Source of the DNA: Octopus vulgaris
Lineage: Eukaryota
DNA length: 64,000 nt
Reading direction: 5' to 3'
Assembly: GCA_951406725.2 (NCBI GenBank)
Contig: OX597825.1
Coordinates: 69,874,001-69,938,000, forward strand
The translations under genes and the position numbers were made by a program. The notes below the pieces were generated by a model. That model was not told the origin of the DNA. It ran no database searches and worked only from the letters and a program-made list of their open reading frames with translations. Of this stretch, positions 55,736 to 64,000 are shown piece after piece. Numbering within the stretch: the first letter of the stretch is position 1; each line of letters starts with the position of its first letter.

Positions 55736-56599
55736 GTAGTCTTAAGATCAGCAACAACTCGACTACGAAATTGCAGGCTAAGACGTACGTTTACAAAGTT
55801 TCAACCGATGTAGCATATATAACATATGACAAATGGGAAGCGAGAGTGTAGAAGATAATTCCTATTAAGCAAATAATTTTAGTCGCTAAGATTAACTTTT
55901 GTGCACCATTTCCGACGCTATTACTTGCTGTTTGTGTATCATTATCAAGTTCTTCTCTATTGCTAACAGTCAAGCCAAACCTTTTGTCTGAGGGTAGCTC
56001 GATATTTTAAAGCGCTGATTTTTACGACTGAAGTCAAACAAGAAATCTTGGATCCTACTCTATACTCCTAACATAAAGATAAACATAATTTTTGGATGTA
56101 TACTGTCCATTCTGTTATTGTAAATAGAATTTCAAAATATCTTTCGGCACACTCATAAACTTGACCTTTTCGGAGGTAAAATCTTCCATTTTCGTTTCTG
56201 TATATTAACCGACATTTTTATTAGCTTTTTTGTCATTTCGATTTGGCCTCAAGCAAAAAGTGCTTTCCATCGCTTCCATAGTATCTGCCTGTTGCAGATT
56301 CGTTGCATTGAAAATGGTTATTCTCAATATCTTTTAATATACACATATTTATATCAGTATCAAAGTATGGCCAGAGGCAGATACCTGTAATCAGTAAAAG
56401 AATATATTCTATATTCATAGTCAGCCAAACACACTTATGTGTTTGTGTTTCTCTCTCTATCTCTCTCTCTCTCTCTTTCTCTCTTTCTCTTTCAGGACAA
56501 ATTGTCGTCTAAAATAAGCAAGAATGAAAATCTGACATCTCATTTTAACAGATATATTTACCAAAATTACATACAAATATCTTGAAATACTAAAGAGTA

Positions 56600-57190
56600 A
56601 TTTTATTCAATGAAATCACTATTGACTTCAACCATGGCCTCCACACGACTTCGGAATCTCCTGCAAATCTTCTGGTCGGTTTCCTTGTTTAAGCTGGTGA
56701 ATATTACCATGCTCCTTGCCTTCAGTCCATCTTTGGTGTTACAAGGAGTTTTGTTGGTCTCTCTCTCAACTGTACTCCACACATAATCAAGGGGGTTGCA
56801 GTCTGTTAGATGGCCAGATGTTAGGGATGATGTGGTCATAGAAATTGTCTGACTGCTTGTGTGGCATGGTGCAGAGTACTGTTGCCAGACATAGGGTCTT
56901 CCAGCAGCCACCTTCTTGATTCAGGGCAGCACTACCTCCTCCAGGTACTTGATGTAGGGCTGGATATTTAATTTTTATCACTCTCGGTACATGTCCTCAG
57001 ATTGCACGGTCCTCAGATTGATACCCAAACACTCTGAAATGTTCGTATTGGAGCTTTCCAAATTTCCGACAATGTGAATTGCGTCATGGTTCTGTTTTTC
57101 TCACAGACGGTGCTCAAATGACCCTACTATACCGTGTAGTTAACAAAATAAAAAAACAAACAAAGCGCATGCACGGAATCAAAAATATAA
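56600..57190 (-). mobile_element. Tc1/mariner-superfamily (maT/DD37D-like) transposase relic
   Basis: ORF 56603-56911 contains YVWQQYSAPCH...DCNPLDYVWSTVERETNK...CRRFRSRVEAMVEVNSDFIE, i.e. QQD.AP.H and SPD.NP.D-type catalytic-domain motifs. Confidence 0.75.
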
Positions 57191-58176
57191 AATAGTGACT
57201 GTGTGTGTGTGTGTGTTTATATACACAATATCTATCAATACATATTCATACGCACAAGAACACAGACTATATTTATTAGTTAGATAGCATTTCATTACAT
57301 TAATAGAGCGCAGCTATGCTGGCTGACTTCTGCTAGAACCTGAAGTGTGACACACCTGAGACATATTACAAACGAAGGAAATACTACAATGTAAGTTAAT
57401 ACATTATATAATGCGAACAAACATGCCGATTCATAATATATTTATGAATTAATTACAGTGGATTGTATAAATTGCATAGGTATTAAGTTGGTAATTTACA
57501 AGAAAATGTGACGTGATGGGAATTTTTTGTTATAAAATTCGAATTTAGCATAATCAACTTCATAATAAAATCTACATGAGAACTGTTTTGTTCTTGACCC
57601 TGAAATTTGTTGTACAGTGTAATGAAAGTAGACAGAAACTTCAGAGATGTACAACACAGACGATGTAGAGATACCAGAACTAACAGCGCACACTATAGCT
57701 GCATGAAAACACATCGAAACGGTAATAAATATTGTTTAGCAAATATTAAATAAATTTAAAACCTATGCGTTTCCAAAGGATTCTTTAATTTTACCTAGTG
57801 TAGTGGACGCTATAACAATGAAACATCATGTATCCTAGTAATCATCATAAGGAATCCGCTAATATATTTACTTCCTTATTAGGGAGTATCTACTTCTATA
57901 TTAAAATCAAGGAGAGTAATGATCCAACAATTATTTGCGAAAATGTCTACATATATCGAACGCTAATTTCACTCTGCTTTATAACCACATGGTGTTGGTT
58001 CGGTTTCCCTGCGCTACGTCTTAGGCAAGCGTCTTCTACTATAGCCTTGTGAATGATTCTGCGTCTATGCTTGTCACATTCCACACCACTTGTCAACCAG
58101 TGTTGATGCGTTTGCGCCCTCAAAACTTAGTGGTTGGCAAAAGAAATTATATTATTATTAGTAATAATCGGGAAAT

Positions 58177-58560
58177 GGAGGCGCAATGGCCCAGTGGTTA
58201 GGGCAGCGGACTCGCGGTCATAGGACCGCGGTTTCGATTCCCAGACCGGGCGTTGTGAGTGTTTATTGAGCGAAAACACCTAAAGCTCCACGAGGCTCCC
58301 GCAGGGGATGGTGGTGATCCCTGCTGTACTCTTTCACCACAACTTTCTCTCACTCTTACTTCCTGTTTCTGTTGTAACTGTATTTCAAAGGGCCGGCCTT
58401 GTCACTCTCTGTGTCACGCTGAATATCCCCGAGAACTACGTTAAGGGTACACGTGTCTGTGGAGTGCTCAGCCACTTACACGTTAATTTCACGAGCAGGC
58501 TGTTCTGTTGATTCGGATCAACCGGAACCCTCGTCGTCGTAACCGACGGAGTGCTTCCAA
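58177..58560 (+). mobile_element. SINE family B, full length tRNA-derived
   Basis: Head ggaggcgcaaTGGCCCAGTGGttagggcagcgg...GGTTTCGATTCCC (A and B boxes) and tail ...gtcgtcgtaaccgacggagtg. Homologous minus-strand copies at 40293-40650, 280-580 and 17462-17570. Confidence 0.85.
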
Positions 58561-59673
58561 GAATCGGGAAATTGATATTTATAATAATATTATTAATACT
58601 ATTATTAATATAGTTATTAGTAGCATTACAAGAAAGTTTATCATTAACACACATAATACAACAAAAAGAAATAAGTAAACCCCCTTGGAAAGTTTACAGA
58701 AGTAAATCTAATATCCTTATTTCGTAAAGCGATTTATATTAAATTAAAACCTTTTAGCTATGATATCCTTTCTAACTTTGGCAAAAGTCCCGGCGATTTT
58801 GACTTGATGACAGTCAGGACAGGATATGAACTCAGATTGCAAAGAATGGTAGAAATGAGGTGGAGAATTTTGTTCCGGTGCGGTAAGGATTCTGCTACCT
58901 TGCTTCTTTAAATGGTTTCACATCTGAACACAAGCCAGCAATTTTGAAGGAAGAGGGCAATTCTATTTACTTCACAGGTATTTTATTTTATAGAGACCGA
59001 TGGAATAAAAAACACAGTCAACCTCACTGGAACTCGAACACAGAACTTAAAAATACAGAGGAAATACCGCTAAACATTTTATCCGACAGCATATGTTTGT
59101 AATTTCACCGCCTCTTTCTTATTATTGACTAAAGCAGTGAGTTGGCAGAATCGCTAGCACAATGGACAAGTTACTTAACGGCATTTATCCCGTTTTTTTG
59201 ACGTTCTGTGATCATATCTGTCAGAGGTCCACTTCGCCTTTTATCATTTCGGAGTCAATAATTTATGTATCAGTTATATCTAGGATCGTTATCGACTAGT
59301 CCCCTCTCCCAAAATTTCAGGCTTTATGTCTATAGTAGACAGGATCATTACCTGACTCGTATTAGTCATACAGCTGAGGATGTTTTTCGATGGATGTACA
59401 CGAAAGGATGGTGTAAAATAAGGCACCTAATAATGACCTGAGTTGATTGCGATAGCATATATGTGTGGAGGCGCGTGGATTAGTGGTTAAGGTGTCAGTA
59501 TTATGATCGTAAGATTCTGGTTTCGATTCGTGGACCGGGCGATGCGTTGTGTTCTTGAGCAAACACTTCATTTCACGTTGCTTCAGAAAAAAGGCGAGCT
59601 GGCAGAAACGTTAGCACGCCGGGCGAAATGCGTGGCCGTATTTCGCCTGCCGTTATGTTGTGAGTTCAACATA

Positions 59674-59816
59674 TTCCTATTTCTTGTGTAACGGTGCGAT
59701 GGTCCGGCGTCCACATACGCCACAGAAACCGGGAAACCGGGCCCATGAACCTGGCTAGGCTTGAAAAGGGCGACGTCTGTGTGTATACATACATACATAC
59801 ATATATATATACATAC

Positions 59817-59868
<52 letters not shown>

Positions 59869-59995
59869 GTATGTATGTATGTATACACACAGACGTCACC
59901 CTTTTCAAGCCTAGCCAGGCTCATGGGCCCGGTTTCCCGGTTTCTGTGGCGTATGTGGACGCCGGACCATCGCACCGTTACACAAGAAATAGGAA
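59674..59995. repeat. Near-perfect palindrome of SINE tail around a (TA)n core
   Basis: Non-microsatellite arms of about 105 bp differ at only two positions. Confidence 0.9.
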
Positions 59996-61018
59996 GAGAG
60001 AGTGAGGGAAAGTTGTAGCGAAAGAGTACCACAGGGGTCGCCACCACCCCCTGCCGGAGTCTCGTGGAGGATTTTACGTGTTTTCGCTCAATAAACACAA
60101 ACAACGCCCGGTCTGAGAATCGAATCCGCGATCCTCCGACCGCGTGTCCGCTGCCCAAACCAATGAACCAATTGCGCCTCAACATGTGTATCTATACACA
60201 CACACATGTATATATACAAATATGTACACATATATACAAATATGTACGCATACCTGTATACAAATATATAATTTGTATACATACATGTATACAAGTATAT
60301 AATATCCATGTGTGTATAACGTATACGTGCTCGTGTTTCTACATACATTGAAATGCTTTACAGTTTTACAACTAAGCCACTTTTGGACCTGCAGCAACTT
60401 GAAATGTTAAACATCTTCAAAGGATTTCTATCTTAAGAACAACAGGAACCTAACTGCAATAACTCGTTGTCGCTCGATAGAATTCACGTTCTTACTTTAC
60501 GCTTGAATACTTAAAGACCGGTGAAACCTTCAGTGACGTCATATGTAGAGCTAGAAGCAAAGATATAAAACCGCCATATTGATTGTGCAAGTTTACTTAG
60601 AATATTGCGCTCACTGATTCCGCATCGACGATTATCGTGAGACCGGATTGGTATGACCTTCCACCAGGTCAATGGGTTCATTTATATCCCAAAGCATTGA
60701 ACCAGGAGCCTTCACTTACGTATATATAGATGCATGAAGCCATTAGTATTTATGAGTGCGAGTATGTAGTATTCCAAATATATGTTTACCTGTAGATTAG
60801 AAATGAATTTTGGATCAAACCTAATGTTAAATATTTATTGCGTTTATTTATTCGATTATCTAATTCAGATGACTTGACAGATGTCTAATAATATATTTGA
60901 TCATGTAGTGAACTATACTGTTAATATGAAAGAGCATTAACTTTAAAGCGTTGGTTCGATTCCCACATACTCCGCAACATCCAGCACATTTCCAACTACA
61001 CACGTACTTAAGCCCATA

Positions 61019-61054
<36 letters not shown>

Positions 61055-61269
61055 CACAAGTGCGTGCGTGAGTGTGTGTATGAGTGTGTGATGTGTGCGG
61101 CGTGTGTATATATGCGTTTCTACACACATGCATACTCGTTTATACAGTTGTATAAGTATATATATGTGTGTGTTTGTATACGTGTGTAAGTATATATGCA
61201 TGTATACATGTTAATATATACACGTGTGCATTTATATTTGTATATATATGTGTGTGTGTGTAGTTCCAG

Positions 61270-61306
<37 letters not shown>

Positions 61307-62789
61307 TCAATTTATACATATATATATGTGTATCTAGAAAGAGAAAGAGAGAGGGGAGGGAGAATGAGTGAGTGAGTGAGTCAGTCAGTCAGAGAGAGAA
61401 AGAGAGAGAGATTAAAATAGAGGAGATAATGTATATCTGTATAGACACACGCATATATAATAATGTTGATATAATTCCACACATGCACAGAAGAAATGGT
61501 GTGCGGTTAAGTATTTCTATTTCCTACCAAACGGCGTTCCACTTGTTTTTCTAGTAATAGACTCACAACAATAATGTGGTTCTATATATACAGTACCTAA
61601 ATAAAGTAAGTTAGATCATTTTTGATCATGGTTCCCCTGGATCAGGCTGTACCTTTAAGCTGAACAACAACAGAACAACGCCCAAAGGAATGATATTTAG
61701 TAATAATTTAGTTTGAAATATTTAATGATTCAATAAAGATATGATTATAACTAGAGCTAGATTAATCATAGTTCTGCTGGATCAGGGATAGCTTAAGGCT
61801 AAACAATAAATATATCACAAATATCTAACAGCTGTGTATATTGACAAGTATATAATAGTTAAAAGTCTTATGTTCAATATTTGAGTAGCAATATGTCAAG
61901 AGAATTCTGGAGACAGATGCATATAATATTACCAAGAATTCTATACATTATATTGCGTCGCAAAGACAATGTTAAATGCCATCCTTTTACAAATGAATAA
62001 GAAATAAAATTAAGAAATCTGATATTGGCAATCTTTATTGTAAATTATCTCTCAGTATATCGACTGCTACTGTTAATTCGTTAATCTCTTAGCACATATA
62101 TTTCTTCGATGCAGCAATTAATAAAACTTTTCCAATCTCTTGGAGACCTTTTGACCAAACTAAATTGAGTGTCTTTATAAGTGTATTGGATAACACTCGT
62201 ATAAACGTGCAATTATTACACTTTTATGTCTCTCAAATAACTTGGGAATTGAAAAGAAATCCACACACCTTCGTTCCAAAATAGCTGTTCAAATACGTAG
62301 TAACGTGATTTAAAGAAAAGACTCTCCATTGCAAAGAGAAACCTGTGGTTGTAATAGAAATTAATTTGCTTTTCTTGCACAGCTAAATTGTTTTGATCAC
62401 CACATTTAAGCAGTGGCACCACTGTGAAAATTTTGAGTGTTTAGTTAAGCTCACAGTAATATGTTTTACATAAGTTGTTGAAAGATTGCGTTCCTTAATT
62501 TACCCAAGTTATTCAGATTCGAAAATAAAGGATTGCAGTTACGCCCAGGAAGCAAAGGCGATGCTTCTGCTCCAGCGTAGGCGCTCGACTCGCTAAAACT
62601 TGTAGATAGATAACAAATTACACCTTGCCGTCGCGACAAAGGAGACGCCGATTAATGTTGTCGAAAGTACTTTATGTACGAAGAATTGGAGGTAAGTTAC
62701 CGGTTAAACATTGCTAAAATGCGTTTTCCCTAGTTGAATTTTAAACAATATTTATACCTACTGGCTACACCGACAATATAATCTCTCTC

Positions 62790-62860
<71 letters not shown>

Positions 62861-64000
62861 GTCTGTCTGTATATCTATCTATCTATTCCTCTTTTTTCTT
62901 CTTTTTTCATTTTTCTTTTCCTTTGTTCCTTTTCCCCCTTTTTTCTTTTTTTCTTTTCCTTTTTTTTTTGTTCTTTTTTCCCTTTTATGATCCCTTTTGA
63001 TCGAAAACCTACGCCACCCTTTTTTTATTCTTTTGTTTTTTGTTTTTTATTGGTTTTTTTTCATCCCCCAATAGAAAAGCTCTACCTTGTAACTTGTCCC
63101 ATCTGTGTGTAGCCCTGTGTGGCCAATAAAGAAACCTTCTATCTATCTATCTATCTATCTATATATATATATATATATATATCTGTCTGTCTATCTTTCA
63201 ATCTCTCTTTCTCTCCCTGTCGCTTTGTTTCCATGTCTCTTTGATTCTCAAATGATGTGTCATAGCATTAAATGGTAATTACTACATTATTCAAAGTAGT
63301 TAACTCAATCAAACAATAAGTGCAGACACGGATGCGTGGTCAAGAATCTTGCTTTACAGCAACGTACTTGCAGTCTCATTGTGCATCGCCTTGGACAAGT
63401 GTTTTGCACTATAACCCCATGCAGACCAATGCGTCGTGAGTGAATCTGGTTGATGGAAATTATATATGTGTGTATTTGATTCTTTGTATTTGGGCTTGTC
63501 CCTACCACTATTAGAAAACCGTTGACAGTTTGTTTACATCCCCGTAACTTAGCGGTTCGAGTAAATGGAACCATAGAAGCTTCAGCATGCCGGGCAAAAA
63601 GCTTAGCAGTATTTCGTCCGCCGCTACGTTCTGAGTTCAAATTCTGCCGAGGTCGACTTTGCCTTTCATCCTTTCGAGGTCGATTAAATAAGTACCAGTT
63701 ACGCACTGGGGTCGATATAATCGACTTAACCCGTGTGTCTGTCCTTGTTTGTCCTTTCTGTGTTTAGCCCCTTGTGGGTAGTAAAGAAATAGGTATTTTC
63801 GTCCGCCTTTACGTTTTGAGTTCAAATACCTCCGAGGTCGACTTTGTCTTTCATCGTTACGGACTTGATAAATTAAGTACCTGCCAAGTACTGGAGTCGA
63901 TGTGATCAACTGTCCCCCTCCCCATAAAAAATCCAGACCTTGTGCCTAGAGTAGAAAGGTTTATTATTATGATTATTTTAGGTGGCGAGCTGTAAGAATC

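Noticed and set aside
58177-58250. tRNA gene
   Set aside because: A/B boxes are present, but the sequence continues into a multi-copy SINE body and lacks a proper acceptor stem and terminator.

Overview
AT-rich eukaryotic genomic DNA, dense in microsatellites and SINEs. The repeat families and their organisation suggest a coleoid cephalopod (Octopus-like); this is inference. The only supportable protein-coding gene is the 3' part of a + strand class C GPCR of the metabotropic glutamate receptor family. It has four exons (8980-9119, 16731-17062, 23317-24101, 28235-28398) that splice in frame through GT-AG introns and encode the end of the Venus-flytrap domain, the 9-Cys domain, the 7TM domain and a C-tail ending DVEL*. 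The rest is intron or intergenic sequence with at least four tRNA-head SINE families, LINE relics (RTE, CR1, R4/Dong-like, Hero/NeSL-like), Tc1/mariner relics, a MITE and long (TA)n, (TATC)n and (AAT)n tracts. Most listed ORFs are microsatellite artefacts. The most interesting signals are: (i) minimal type I hammerhead-ribozyme motifs, including a canonical one and a U3-A8 covariant, in short Penelope-like inserts beside (TA)n tracts; (ii) several long foldback hairpins, including nested competing inverted repeats in the intron before the 7TM exon; (iii) a ten-fold stuttered 5' junction on a TAA-targeted LINE; and (iv) three TQT/TQS LC8-type motifs in the receptor tail.
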